Under the pieces are notes generated by a model, which ran no database searches, was not told the DNA's origin, and saw nothing but the letters and a program-made list of their open reading frames with translations. A DNA stretch of 38,515 bases from contig NC_068982.1 in NCBI RefSeq assembly GCF_001194135.2, positions 89,507,421-89,545,935 of the forward strand. Direction: 5' to 3'. Source of the stretch: Octopus bimaculoides (Eukaryota). Both the position numbers and the translations under genes were made by a program. Positions 10,801 through 23,925 of the stretch are shown piece after piece (positions within the stretch are counted from its first letter, which is position 1; each line of letters starts with the position of its first letter).

Positions 10801-13072
10801 CTAAAAGCAACAGAAAGAATTATATTTTTGTATTTATTAATTTATATAAGTTATTGATTTTATATCACAATTTATACCAGCATGGAAAACTATGATGTTG
10901 TTGGTATTGAACTACAAAACAAGATATTTAATACTTTTACCTCAACACCTTTTTGTATCAGCTGCAAGATTCCCAGTGTTTGCAAGACAGAATGTAATAT
11001 AATGTGATTCCACTTAGGCTGGTGAGAGTTGTCAACCTTTAATGCCACTTGACTGCAGATATGATGTGAAAGGTGATTGTTATACATGCTTTGCCTTTAT
11101 ACCTCTTGGTCTTCATTGATATATCAATCACCATCATTGTTGTCATCCTGACCAACACCGACAAACTAACTGGTGCACCACATCATTAGCAGCTCATTAA
11201 TCACCCCCTGTCTCAGTCGTGCATTTATCCTCATAATGTTCTACTTTCTCTTCCTCTTTGACCCCTTTTCTTTCTACCAAGCTACACCTACCTGTAGGCA
11301 ATAAACGATCATTTAGTGTCATTCTTTGACTAAATATAAGGTGAAGCTTCTCAAAGCTGGCGACTTTGAGTCATTTGAAACCATACCACTAGCATATACT
11401 AGTACATGTATTTTCATTAACAACTGAAGTGGTGAGAGGAAAAGTAAACTAAATCCTGATGCAACACAGTGATGTAGGACAAAACTAAAAACTCTATGTT
11501 ACCTTACTCTTTCTACTAATTGATATTTCTCCTTTTGGCCTTATGGTTAAGGTGTTTGGCACGTGGTCATTAGTTCTTGGACTCAATTCCTGAACCAGAC
11601 AGTGTATTATTTCTTTGAATATGCATTTCATTTCATATTGCTTTAGTCTACTCAGCTGTGATGAATACCAGCTAGGTGTTGGTGCATCCCCCACTCCTGC
11701 TAACTGTCACATTCTAGTTGTTCTGCTGGGTCAGGTGTAATTGGGCTTAGGCGGTGTCTATGTTACAACTACAGGAACCTACATGCTACCAAGTCACACT
11801 TGCTTGCAAGCGATGGATGATTGCATCATATAGTTATAGTCAAGAAACAAAAAACTATGTTCATGACCGTTTATTTTTCCTAAGGCCTCTGTAGCTTGTA
11901 GGGGCAAAGGAGAAGTTAACTTCAAACTGAAAATTTGGCCTGAATGCTTGGAACAGAGAATGCTTGTAACTCCACTAATGGTACTGAAAGACCACGAGTT
12001 GATGTTAAACCAGGTAACAGACTAAGCCTACTACTTAAGGATTCAGAACATGAAAAATCTCATTCAAGGCTCTAATAATTCTGCTAATACACTGTCTTGG
12101 ACTAGCTCATTATTTTATCGACCTTGAAAGAATGAAAGGCAGGGTTGACTTCGATGAGATTTGAACTCAGAACACAAAGAGCTGACACAAATACCCAAAC
12201 CTAATGTGACTGTAAGTTCAGTTTTAAATAAACCTCATAACTCAATATTTAATTTAATCTAAATATATTACATACAGTATTTAAGAATGAAATAAGTTGG
12301 TAGAGTAGATCTGTCTCTAGCTATATTTAAGGAAAGAATTTGAAATCAATATTGAAAGTTTGTAAAAACATTCATCAATAATTTAGTACTATCACTGCTT
12401 ACAGCAGTGAACTGTACCAGTCTTTGACACCTTGATATTAATTAAGGACTGTGGTTATGAACACAGTATAGTATTTGTGGTTGGATATTACATATATAGT
12501 CCAGAATGAGGCATTAAACTGCTTCTGGTAGTGAGGCTCCAGTTCAAGAATTAGGGGGTTCTATGGAGCTCTAGCCTCATCATTAATACTTCCAGGTCCA
12601 CTCTTGTTCAAGGTAAAAATACTTGTCAAAGGCCCTATTTATGGGACAAATAACAGAAGATAGTCTTGTGGATAAGGCGTAAGACTCAGAGGAGTGCTGG
12701 CTCCTTAGCATAAGTCACACAGGCCTCCAGTGTATCAACATACCTTGATGTAACATGAACTAGACTTTTTGCTTAAGATTTAAATAGGCTCTGTGCCTTA
12801 AGAATAAGCTTGGGAAAATAGAAGATAAGCAGAGTAAACTGTAGATGAACTAGCAGAAGGTAATAGGAAACCACTGGAAAGAATAATAGGTCTTCAACTT
12901 TGACATGGGAGTCTATCATTGCCAGTACCTGTAAAACAGGCAAGGCACATGAAACACACACATTAACTACTGACCTTTCAAACAGTTAGTCAGCATGCCA
13001 CCTCAGTTTGCAAAAAATATATTGAATAAAGAAAAAAATAAAGAGGGGAGGGAAGAAAAATTAAATACTTAC

Positions 13073-13267
13073 ATCACTCATTTTTCGAAGGATAAATTTG
13101 CCTGATCCCTTCCATTTATTTTGAGATGCTAGTAGTTTTTCAGACATATCCAGAATTCTCTGAGTACAAGGCTTTTCCTGGTCTTTTCTCTCCCAACCAC
13201 TTTGAACTTCTTCAACCAAGACATAATTTGCAACTTTTTCTTCACTTTTCCCTGCCTTTAGTAAAGC
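13073..13267 (-). CDS. PLCE1: PLC-epsilon exon, rest of RA1: ALLKAGKSEEKVANYVLVEEVQSGWERKDQEKPCTQRILDMSEKLLASQNKWKGSGKFILRKMSD
   Basis: Acceptor gttttcattttaaag|, donor GAT|GTAAGT. 195 nt, phase 0-0. RA motifs YVLVEEV, QRIL, WKGSGKFIL. Confidence 0.95.
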
Positions 13268-13956
13268 CTTTAAAATGAAAACAACAAAACAACTGGTTAA
13301 TATGCTCTGTAGGTGGTGTGGAATCATGCCAAATGTTTTGTAAGTTTCATAACAACTCATCAGATTCCAGCTAGATTCAGTCCATTCTTTAAGTACTCCT
13401 GCATTTTTCTTGCTCTCTCTCCTACCCCTGTCTGCATGTCTGTCTGCCTATCTGTCTGCCTGCCTGTCTATCTGTCTCTCTCTCTCTCTCTCTCTCTTTC
13501 CCTTCTCTGCAACTGGATTAATTTAGGTAAGAAAGTGAAAGCTTAGTACCTTTCCTAAATGCGAAAAAGAAAAAAAACACCAGTAAAAGAATATAAATTC
13601 ATTATTTTTCAGGCAAACGTATCTGACACATCGTCTTATATCAGGCTTCTACCAAGAAATAGAAAGGGTGAGATATGCAGGATGGACAATATTCCTTTTC
13701 TTTTCAGCACATTAGGATATGGGGCTTATAGTGTCTAACACCCCTTTCTCCTCTTCTCAGCCTCATGGAGACCTTAGTGTCACCCTTGCTTCTAAAATCC
13801 ATCTTCATCACTGGGTCTATAATAAATACATAGATATACTCATATTTCAAATTTATTGCTTTACCACCATGCTATGCCTTTTGTGTATTTTACCACTACT
13901 ACAATACACTTTTCTTCTCATGCAAACACAGAATACAAAGACTTGGTTGGTATCTA

Positions 13957-14175
13957 CACGGGGATACTGAAAAGTTCCTGGCTTTAAGGGTATTGCAAAT
14001 GCCCTGGTTGGAGGTGCAATTTTCCAAGTTCTTTTACAGGACTTAGAAAGATTGAAAAACCACTGCAATAAATGTGTGAATCTGAGAGGGGAATATGTTG
14101 AATAAAAAATCATAATCAACTGGTCCTCCTGTATTTTCTTTTACTTAAGGCCAGGAACTTTTCAGCACCCCATAG
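13957..14175 (+). mobile_element. Mariner-derived MITE (deletion derivative)
   Basis: TIRs GGGGATACTGAAAAGTTCCTGGCTTTAAG / CTTAAGGCCAGGAACTTTTCAGCACCCC with flanking TA. Internal remnant LERLKNHCNKCVNLRGEYVE* resembles a mariner transposase C-terminus. Confidence 0.8.
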
Positions 14176-14620
14176 TATTAAACACATTTAAGAGAAAGTT
14201 TGCAAGTTTCCTAAAATATCTGCTATGAGGATATCTTTATCACACAAGCAGCCATGTGCAGATTGAAAATTATGGTCACCTACATACAATAGGCCTTCAT
14301 ATTTCTGGTGGTATCTTTCAGGGGACCTCAATTGTTATTTGGAGAATTACTAAATCTTTATCCCAAGAAGGAAATAGAGAGAATACTTAGATAAAACCAG
14401 ATGCAATCAGAAATGTTCTTGCCACTTGACATGGGACATAACAGAGTTTATTAGTCTGTTGACAAACAGGTTCCATCACAATTCATATTTGAGAAGGGGC
14501 TCTGCTCCTTTTTGTTCCTAGAACAAGCAAATAAGTGGATCTGCAACCTATTCTCAACCCCACCTTTACACACACAATCACACACATCTACATACATATG
14601 AAAGTATAATGATAATATTA

Positions 14621-14848
14621 TTAACCCTTTCATTACTGTATTTATTTTGAGATGCTCTGTGTTTCTTTCAATCACTTTAAATATAACAAAGAATTTAGTA
14701 AAATAACTTAATTATCATTCAGCTAATGTTAGGAACATAAATTGTGACTAAGGTTTGGTGGAAGATTTTAATTCAAAACTTATGAAAACAAGACATGTGT
14801 ACTCAGAGCCAGAGCCGGTTTCAGCTGAATTGGTAACGAAAGGGTTAA
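14621..14848 (-). mobile_element. piggyBac-type MITE family 2
   Basis: Termini TTAACCCTTTCATTAC ... GTAACGAAAGGGTTAA. Reverse-complement similarity to 38014-38228. Confidence 0.82.
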
Positions 14849-15063
14849 AGAAAAGAGGCAAACAATTGAAGATTAAATATTCTGATATTCAGTGGATTCA
14901 GGAGAAGTAAATGGCTGAAAATTCTATCATTGGAAGATTATTACATACAGAACATGGGCAAAATCATAGCCATGTAGTTAAAAATATTACTTCACAATCA
15001 CATGATCCCAGGCCCAATTCCACCGTGTGACAGCTTAGATAACTGTTGACAATCTAAGGCTTG

Positions 15064-15551
15064 ATCATCACCATCATTTAATGTCCATTTTCCATGCTGG
15101 CATGGGTTGGAGGATTTGACAGGAGCTGACCAGCCAGGGAGCTGTCTGGACTCAAATTGTCTGTTGTGGCAAGGTTTCTATGGCAGCATGCCATTCTTGA
15201 TACTAATCACTCTAGAGTGTACTTGGTACTTTTTACATGCCACTGGCAGCACCGACATGAGTGCAGTTTACATGGTGCTGGCATGTGTAAGGGAGATGCT
15301 TGTATGTATGAATCACTGTGATTTTACTTTGCTTGACATGTCTTCTCATGTACAGCAAATCATCACAACTCCTGGTCCCTTGTTATTTCTTTAGTGAGGC
15401 CCAGTGTCTGAAGATCCTTTCTCACCACTTCGTCCCAAGTCTTCCAGGGTCCACTCCTTGCACAAGTTCCCTCCACTATTAGAGCTTGGCACTTCTTTAT
15501 GCAGCTGACCTCTTCCATATTCATCACCACAGCTGTCCTCATCCAAATGCA
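15064..15551 (-). mobile_element. 3' end of an RTE-clade LINE (ORF C-terminus, 3' UTR, GAT tail)
   Basis: Minus-strand remnant SCIKKCQALIVEGTCARSGPWKTWDEVVRKDLQTLGLTKEITRDQEL, followed by a UTR ending ccatgccagcatggaaaatggacattaaatgatggtgatg. Confidence 0.85.
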
Positions 15552-15970
15552 ATAATAATTTTTATAAATAAAATAGAAAGCAATTATAAAATAACTGAGA
15601 TAAGGTAGTTTGACAAACAGTTACTATGAATAATAATGATTAGGAGTGGTTATGTTGGTATTCTGAAATTCTTAAATAAGGATAGGACTTGATTTAATTT
15701 ATGAAGCCACTTTTATGCTATTTGACATTTATGCTATTTGACATTGGCTTGCTAGAGAGCAAAAAAGGAATGCTATTATGCTAAAAGCATTCCTTCTTTT
15801 AATTGGTCTGTCCCAATTCTGGAGTATAAGCAGAAATAACAGTTGCTGTTGCTTTGCTTACAACTTGTCCAAGTTTAATTATTCTGATTAGGATGGAAGT
15901 TAAATGACCCTGGTTAGTGTTGAAACAAACAATTTTTGCCCTGGTTTATTTGGAAATTATTTAGTTGGAA

Positions 15971-16237
15971 CTAGTTAGTATAGAAACTGATTAGTTAGCA
16001 CTGGTTAGTATAGACATTGACTAGATGCTAACCAGTTTGTACTTATTAAATTATAATTTAATAAGTGAATAAACTTATACTAGTTAATATAAAGAATAAC
16101 CAACTTACAGAAATTAACTAGCTTGTAGTGGTCAATAAGGAAATTAACCAATTAGAACTGGTTAGTACAGAAAATATTAATTTTGGAGTAATTAGTATAG
16201 AAACTTTCTTGCTTGCACTGGTAAATATAGAAACTTG
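15971..16237. repeat. Degenerate ~30-bp minisatellite (ctggttagtatagaaact...)
   Basis: Units start at 15971, 16001, 16158, 16188 and 16218. Confidence 0.65.
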
Positions 16238-17310
16238 GCTTTTATAGTTTACACATATGACTACAAATGCTTTTCTTTTTTTTCACCAAGCAATTTGTTC
16301 TGGATAATGTTCAAACATAAGTTTAAATTATTGACTCTCACTAAATAGAAAAAAAAGAAGGCTAAAAGAAAACATGATAGATTCAGAACTGCAGAGAAAT
16401 GCAATGGAAACTATTTGAATTAATTACCAATTATTGAAGTACTAAGTGAAAACAAATAACTATCTTAATGATATATGTTGGAGAATATATTTGTCTACTA
16501 TATCATTCATTTATTATTAAAATGCTCTGTAAAGTTTGTTTTTCTATATTTTTTGATTAACAAGAACTCTGTAGCCAATGAAGAAAGCCACTCAATCTAC
16601 ATGAAATAGCAGCAAAATAACCCTGAAATGACATCATACCATCTTATGTTCAACAATGTAGAAATCCATGATATATATNNNNNNNNNNNNNNNNNNNNNN
16701 NNNNNNNNNNNNNNNNNNNNNNNNNNNNNNNNNNNNNNNNNNNNNNNNNNNNNNNNNNNNNNNNNNNNNNNNNNNNNNNNNNNNNNNNNNNNNNNNNNNN
16801 NNNNATATATATATATATATATATATATACCAAATACCATTGTAGTTAGAATGCCTTTGATTATAGGTCTGCTGATCTAGGGCTAAGCAACAAAATTTTC
16901 TTGATTTTTGCAGCCAGACATTCCTCAATTACTATCCTATTATCTTATAGTAAAAAGGGAAGGACACATAGGATTATGTAAACTTGGGTTTATGCAAAAG
17001 AAAAAAAAAAACTGGGATGGTCAGTGTTGGAATGTCTGATCAAAAGTCTGCACAATCAAGGCTAATTTGCGCTTAAGCAGTAACAGCAATAGTGACTATG
17101 ACTGTATGATATGAACTCATTTGTTTTCTTTTATGTATTCCATGGAGCAACACAACTCCACCTGCTGGTCCAAACTCTGTTTCCTCACACTGTTTTTTTT
17201 CTGCTGCTATTATAACAACCTCTGTTCTTCAAATCTGGTAACTCTACAACTTGGACCCACTTGGTGTACATGACTTCTCCTTCTTTTATTACCCATGTTG
17301 TGTCAACACA

Positions 17311-17636
17311 ACATGGCTCAGTGGTTAGAGAATTGGACTTACAATCGTGTGGCTGTGAGTTTGATTTCTGGACTGGGCTGTGTGTTGTATTCTTGAGCAA
17401 AGCACTTTATTTCACATTGGTCTAATTTACTCAGCTGTAGAAATGAGTTGTGATGTCATTGATGCCAAGCTGTGCCTTTCTTGGACAACATTGGTGGTGG
17501 GGAGAGAGGAGACTGGCATGCATGTGCAACTGTTGGTCTTCCACAAACAAGCTTGCATGGATTTGTGCCTAGGAGGCGAACTATCTAGGTGCAATCCCAC
17601 AGTCATTCATGATCAAAGGAGGTCTTTACCCTTTAT
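17311..17636 (+). mobile_element. Copy of the second SINE family
   Basis: Collinear similarity with 3746-4080. Confidence 0.82.
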
Positions 17637-18477
17637 CCCTGTGTCTACTCTCCCAGCCCTGCAGTAATCACTTTTACTCTGAAGAGAATTGCAAGAAGAG
17701 CAGTCTTCAGGAATTCCCTTGTTGCTTGTGTTTTACTTGAATCTTCAAAAAAAACAAAAAAAAAACATTGATCTCACCAGCCAGTGAGGACCTATGAAAG
17801 TCATAAGTGCAATCTTCTTTCTTTAGAGTAAATCAAAATAACTTAACAGATCTAATAGGTTTATCTTCCCTTGGACAGAGTAATGCTTTATCACAAGTAT
17901 CCAGCATTTGAATTAACTTGGCACAGCAGGTCAATAAATCATTCACCATTTTTGTCTACTTTTCCATGCTGGCATGAATTGGATGTGTTTCCTGAGGCTG
18001 TGTTTTACAGCTAGATGTCCTTTCTGTATCCAACCATTTCAGTTTCTTCTTGTGACATGCAGAGACACAGTGTACCTCACATGGATTCCACTGAGTAGCC
18101 ACTGTTGACAATTGTCAATTATAACATGTATGGTACCACATTAGAGCTTTGTTTGATCGGTTGTGACCTTATCATCTAAGTCAAGGTTTAAACGCTATTA
18201 TGTTAGAGTCTTTTAAATTATTTCTCATATCTTTTCACATTACCCATGGATTTATAGACCAAGGAGTTATTTCTTGTTTCTTTAGAACCAAGTGAATGAT
18301 GATATATTGTAAAACTTTTTCTTTCTGTCTTGTCCTTTTTATTGTTCATTGTATTTGCACTATATATATATGTCCTCAACCTCATTTTAATACTTACGTT
18401 TCAATATGGGTCTAGTGAGAGTATGTTGATATTGAGTTTTTTACTGCCAGATGCTTCATCCATCTAGCTGCTCAACA

Positions 18478-18720
18478 TTTTGTTCATCTGCTCATCTATC
18501 CATTCATCTGTCTGTGTGTCCATCCTTCTGTCCATTCATTATTCCATCCATCCATCCATCCGTCTGTCCGTCTGTCTGTCCATTCATCCATCCATCCACC
18601 CACCCACCCTTCATTTCTTCCTACCTTCCTTCCATTCATCTATTCATCCACCCATCTGTCCAGCAATCTATATCTCTATCCTTCCATCAATCTGTCCATC
18701 CAAACTCCAGCCCTTGCTAG

Positions 18721-18770
<50 letters not shown>
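18478..18770. repeat. Degenerate (CCAT)n/(CTGT)n tetranucleotide array followed by (TA)n(TG)n
   Basis: Direct reading. Confidence 0.92.
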
Positions 18771-19442
18771 NNNNNNNNNNNNNNNNNNNNNNNNNNNNNN
18801 NNNNNNNNNNNNNNNNNNNNNNNNNNNNNNNNNNNNNNNNNNNNNNNNNNNNNNNNNNNNNNNNNNNNNNNNNNNNNNNNNNNNNNNNNNNNNNNNNNNN
18901 NNNNNNNNNNNNNNNNNNNNNNNNNNNNNNNNNNNNNNNNNNNNNNNNNNNNNNNNNNNNNNNNNNNNNNNNNNNNNNNNNNNNNNNNNNNNNNNNNNNN
19001 NNNNNNNNNNNNNNNNNNNNNNNNNNNNNNNNNNNNNNNNNNNNNNNNNNNNNNNNNNNNNNNNNNNNNNNNNNNNNNNNNNNNNNNNNNNNNNNNNNNN
19101 NNNNNNNNNNNNNNNNNNNNNNNNNNNNNNNNNNNNNNNNNNNNNNNNNNNNNNNNNNNNNNNNNNNNNNNNNNNNNNNNNNNNNNNNNNNNNNNNNNNN
19201 NNNNNNNNNNNNNNNNNNNNNNNNNNNNNNNNNNNNNNNNNNNNNNNNNNNNNNNNNNNNNNNNNNNNNNNNNNNNNNNNNNNNNNNNNNNNNNNNNNNN
19301 NNNNNNNNNNNNNNNNNNNNNNNNNNNNNNNNNNNNNNNNNNNNNNNNNNNNNNNNNNNNNNNNNNNNNNNNNNNNNNNNNNNNNNNNNNNNNNNNNNNN
19401 NNNNNNNNNNNNNNNNNNNNNNNNNNNNNNNNNNNNNNNNNN

Positions 19443-19476
<34 letters not shown>

Positions 19477-19824
19477 GGGGGGGTGTATGCCAAATATTGT
19501 TCCTCCTGTGTTGCCTTTCTTATTAATCATTCTATTTACACAATACACACACTTACATATATATATTCTGTTAATTAAGGAAACAAGACAAGCATCTTTC
19601 CCTGGATGAGAAACTAGTCTATTATGGAAAAACTGCCATATGAACTGGAAGCAACACTGCAAGTCAACAGAATTCATCAATTCTGCAATGCTGTGATTTC
19701 TTATAACTGTTATAATGCCTGTAATATTTAGAGCTATAGAACAATAAATCTGTAGATGACTGTCTGTATGTGTTCAGCATTCATGTCTTCTTAATCAGAG
19801 TTGAGCTGGAGGTTTCAGAATAAC

Positions 19825-19982
19825 AATTACTTCATCATTATCATCATCACATTCATTCTCATCATCATTACAATCATCATCATCACATTCAGCAATATCC
19901 TCATTTACTTCATTATCATTACATTTGTCATTGTCACTATCATCATCATCATCATCATCAAGATTTTCATCATTGTCATCAG
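19825..19982. repeat. Degenerate (CAT)n tract immediately downstream of the RA1 exon donor; similar tract at 36340-36640
   Basis: Direct reading. Confidence 0.9.
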
Positions 19983-19999
19983 CAACTATTGTTACTTAC

Positions 20000-20140
20000 C
20001 AATGCAATAGCATCACAGACGGATGTATCTTGGGAGATCTTTAAAATTACATAGTCATCTGGCGTGCTGAGGCCGAATATGGTGACAATAAACATTCTCC
20101 GTTTCTGTTTACCAACTGTAGTGACAATGTTCGTAGATAA
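20000..20140 (-). CDS. PLCE1: PLC-epsilon exon, start of RA1: LSTNIVTTVGKQKRRMFIVTIFGLSTPDDYVILKISQDTSVCDAIAL; not called in this frame by the ORF track
   Basis: Acceptor gtttttctttccataag|, donor TTG|GTAAGT. 141 nt, phase 0-0. Fits the ubiquitin-like beta1-beta2-alpha1 pattern. Confidence 0.9.
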
Positions 20141-20723
20141 CTTATGGAAAGAAAAACAAAATTATGATTAATCAACTGAAAGTAACAAAGCATCATTAAA
20201 AATAATGAAATAATCTCAAAAAGCTTCAAAGTTGAAAAATTGATACTTTGAGGGAACATCAAAATCATTATTACTATAAAAGAAATAATTATTATACAAG
20301 AAAATATTAGATACAGTAAGTGGACTAATGAGCAACTCTCTGGTGACCTTCTCTAGTTAACCAACAAGACAGCAGAAAATGGTTACAACTTTCTAGGCAC
20401 TGTCTAAGACATCCACAGTTACCTATCTATTAAGTTGTCATCTGAGAATGACTTTTGGCAGGATAAAAAATTAGCATTCTTCCCAAACTATAGTCAAGAC
20501 ACTCATGGACGACAGTGGTGCTGCAACTTCTAATGAACATAGGAGATGGATGGTGAAACAGTTCATGTGATGAATATGTCATTGTACTTGTGCAAATAGT
20601 TGGTTGATGATGGCTAATGATGAGGACATCTTACTAGATGCCAAATACTGCTTTTGTTACTCTGTTCAGATTGGATTTGTTCATATAGGCTTGTATCAGT
20701 TTTTATTTGTAAGAAGAGAGGAT

Positions 20724-20960
20724 TCAACCCTTTAGCATTTAGATTTCTCTATTAACTGTAATACTTATCTATTCACATTGTTTTGAATTAACCATGCATT
20801 ACCTTGTTGTTCTGAGATTTTGCTGATGTGATAGCTTACTTTTAGAATAACATTGTAGCATAGCTATGAGAAGCTAGCATCTAGCTAATTTGAATATATG
20901 TATATAAAACAGGTAGAATATTTTGACTGGATATGGCTGGTTTAAATGGTAAAGGGTTAA
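20724..20960 (+). mobile_element. piggyBac-type MITE family 1
   Basis: Termini (T)CAACCCTTTAGCATT ... AATGGTAAAGGGTTAA with a shared internal sequence. Confidence 0.85.
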
Positions 20961-22933
20961 TTCACAGAAGTATTAACTATGCAAGAGGATACATTTATGG
21001 CTGCTCACCCATGATCACCCTTGGTACCATCATTATGATAATTCTTGTTACATTTGAATTTTTTTTCCAATTTCTTGGAAATTATCTACTTCACAACATG
21101 TTTTGCAATCATAGTTCACAAGAATATCACAGCAAACTTTATTCTACATTGGAAAATGTAGGAAGTAACACCATGAGCTGCCTTCTTAAACTGATTCTTG
21201 GCTCTTGATATCTTTTCTTGGAAGTTATTGTTGTTAGATATCATTTGAAATGGGTAATATGTGCTATTTTCTTAGAAGATTTATTGTATGACTGTCTATA
21301 GTATCCAGATATGTTAAGTTCCAGTTCAGAACTAAAGAACTCTTGGCTGACCAATATATTGTAAGTGGAACCTAGTAGATGGAATCTGACCCTAAGTCCA
21401 TTTTATATAGACACACACAACTAATAACCCTTGCTGGGGTTCATGGTTTAATGCTAAAAAATATGTTATGGCTGACACTATGTCTGTCTTAAAGAGACAT
21501 ATATTTTATTATTTAAGTGAATTTCAAGAACTTTTTTAATTCTATGAAAATATTCATTTCTCAGTCACATTTACACAGTTTTCCCCATGCACAATTTTAC
21601 TTTCATCTATATTCAAGTAACTATAAAATTCAGAATTGTGCAGCTTTTCTATTATCTCCCCTCTATGGAGTTGCAAATCAGACATCCAACTTCCCTTGTC
21701 TCATATTATNNNNNNNNNNNNNNNNNNNNNNNNNNNNNNNNNNNNNNNNNNNNNNNNNNNNNNNNNNNNNNNNNNNNNNNNNNNNNNNNNNNNNNNNNNN
21801 NNNNNNNNNNNNNNNNNNNNNNNNNNNNNNNNNNNNNNNNNNNNNNNNNNNNNNNNNNNNNNNNNNNNNNNNNNNNNNNNNNNNNNNNNNNNNNNNNNNN
21901 NNNNNNNNNNNNNNNNNNNNNNNNNNNNNNNNNNNNNNNNNNNNNNNNNNNNNNNNCAAGTGTTTTTTCAGCTAAATGCATATCTTAAAACCAAACATCA
22001 TCTTTGAAGTAAAAAATGTTTTGTGTTAGTCCAGCAAACCAAAGAAAGAGTTGTGCTTCACTCAAGGGCGTAACAGTCAACAGTACCACCACCACCACCA
22101 TCACTCCAAATTTGTAATCTTTGACTCTTTTTGTCATTATATATATTTAAAAGATAAAATATATATCTATATATTTTTAAGAAAAAAAAAATAATTAAAA
22201 AAAATAATTTAATTATGAATAGTAAGGATCCAAGGAAACAAGAAGTGGTCTGTGTTGGTAATAAAGTGGAATAAATAGGAACATTGTAACATTTAGGGAG
22301 AACCCTTTTCCTGAAAATTCTCCACACTGCATGAGCTTTATTAGAAATTTCCTCTTACTAATGGCACACTAATCTATTACACTTTTGAAATGTGTGTGTG
22401 TGTGTGTGTGTTAAGTGAGGATACATGTCTAACTTTCTAGGTGCAATCCCATGGTCATTCATGACTGAAGAAAGTTTTTACTCTTTTTATATTTGTGTGT
22501 GTGTGTGTATGTATTCAAGAACTTGAAATCCCTTTACATTCTCTCCTGCCAACTAGTGTGATCGTGACATTGAATATGGTCAGTTGAGATACTTAGGCTT
22601 AAGGACTTGCCAAATCTATTACCACTTTTGTAAGATTCTATAAGAGGTGGGATTTGAATTCAGAACCCAGAGAGTTCGATCACATACTGCAAGACATTGC
22701 ATTTGATGCTATCACAACTCACTTGGTTTTAAAAACACACACACACACACACACACAGAAAGGAAATGAAAGTCATATCTTGATAAGAAGAAAATTTCAG
22801 TGGCCATACATTTTAATCATCTACCCTTCATGTTCTTTGATGGTACATTGTTTTCTCACCAGTTCTACTAAATCTTCATACGGGACTGTGTTTTAATATA
22901 TTCTGAAATAATTAACATCAAGCAAATACTTAC

Positions 22934-23136
22934 ATCTTTCCCAGCATCAACTTTGGAGACATCAGAAAAGTCTTTGACTTTCGCTAGAAGCGACCGCCGT
23001 TTGCCAAGAATATCAGCATTAAGGTCTATGTTGTTGCACTGATCCAGTTGGTCTTCTTCCAATTTAGAATAAATGAATAAAGTTGCTAGTTCAGTTGGCT
23101 GATTTAGAGGATTGCGTAACCGAACATGTCGATATC
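22934..23136 (-). CDS. PLCE1: PLC-epsilon exon, end of C2 and linker: (G)YRHVRLRNPLNQPTELATLFIYSKLEED...DVSKVDAGKD
   Basis: Acceptor cattcatttattgcag|, donor GAT|GTAAGT. 203 nt, phase 1 to 0. Motif GYRHV.LRN....ATLFI. Confidence 0.95.
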
Positions 23137-23766
23137 CTGCAATAAATGAATGTTTTATCAAATATACTTAAATATAGAAAACATTTAGATCTTTGTATAT
23201 CATTTACACAACCATATGATTTTCTTATCAAATAATCAGAGTGAGATGATACACATACACACATTTAACAGTAGATCACATTTCTACCCTAACTCCTCCT
23301 TCATTCTACCCTACCTTCCATCTTCCTTCCATCCTTAATATGTCCAAGGAATTCAAACTGTCACAAACTCTAACCACCGCAACTAGATAAAATCTCTGTT
23401 GCAAATAATTTTTTCAATTAGCAATTTATCTCCAATATTTCACCCACATAATTCTGATCTCCACACCAAATACCCTTTTACTTCTGCAGCCAGTACATAA
23501 GATTCATGATTATACTCTCTTTGATAAAATATTATTTGCAAATGGAGTATAATTTCTCATTTTTCCTTTCTTATTTAGAAACATTTGTTATAGATGGATT
23601 CATCGATAAGTTTATTTATCTCATTTTATTTCTTCTATCTTAAATTTATATTATTTTACAGCTATTCATTCATTCTTAAAAGTCACATATAAACTCAATT
23701 ATATATATATATACACACACACTCACGCACACGTGTGTGTATGTATGTATATGTATGTGTATATAC

Positions 23767-23925
23767 ATCATCATCATCATCATCATCATCATCACCATCA
23801 TCGTTTAACGTCTGCTTTCCATGCTAGCATGGGTTGGACGGTTTGACTGAGGACTGGTGAGCCAGAGGCTGCACCAGGCTCAATCTGATCTGGCAAAGTT
23901 TCTACAGCTCGATGCCTTCCTATGT
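23767..23925 (-). mobile_element. RTE-type 3' UTR/tail fragment; related pieces near 6530-6800, 17945-18040, 24885-25097 (+), 25733-25846 (+)
   Basis: (CAT)n followed by cgtttaacgtctgctttccatgctagcatgggttggacgg, same 3' end as the 15064 element. Shared ggaagggcatccagc motif. Confidence 0.8.

Noticed and set aside
13320-13368. Minus-strand GGAAT-CTGATGA-GTTGTTAT-GAAA...ATTCC resembling a hammerhead
   Set aside because: Helix II has only 2 weak pairs, helix III cannot form, and the cleavage position is G. Likely chance.
13613-13667. Plus-strand exon-like segment (tttttcag|...AAGG|gtgaga), antisense to PLCE1
   Set aside because: 55 nt, no recognisable product and no partner exons. Such signals are common by chance in AT-rich DNA.
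15765-15795. 10-bp perfect hairpin AAGGAATGCT/AGCATTCCTT next to a 16-bp direct duplication (15712-15743)
   Set aside because: Short and isolated in intronic eukaryotic DNA; not a terminator, and no evidence of an RNA gene.
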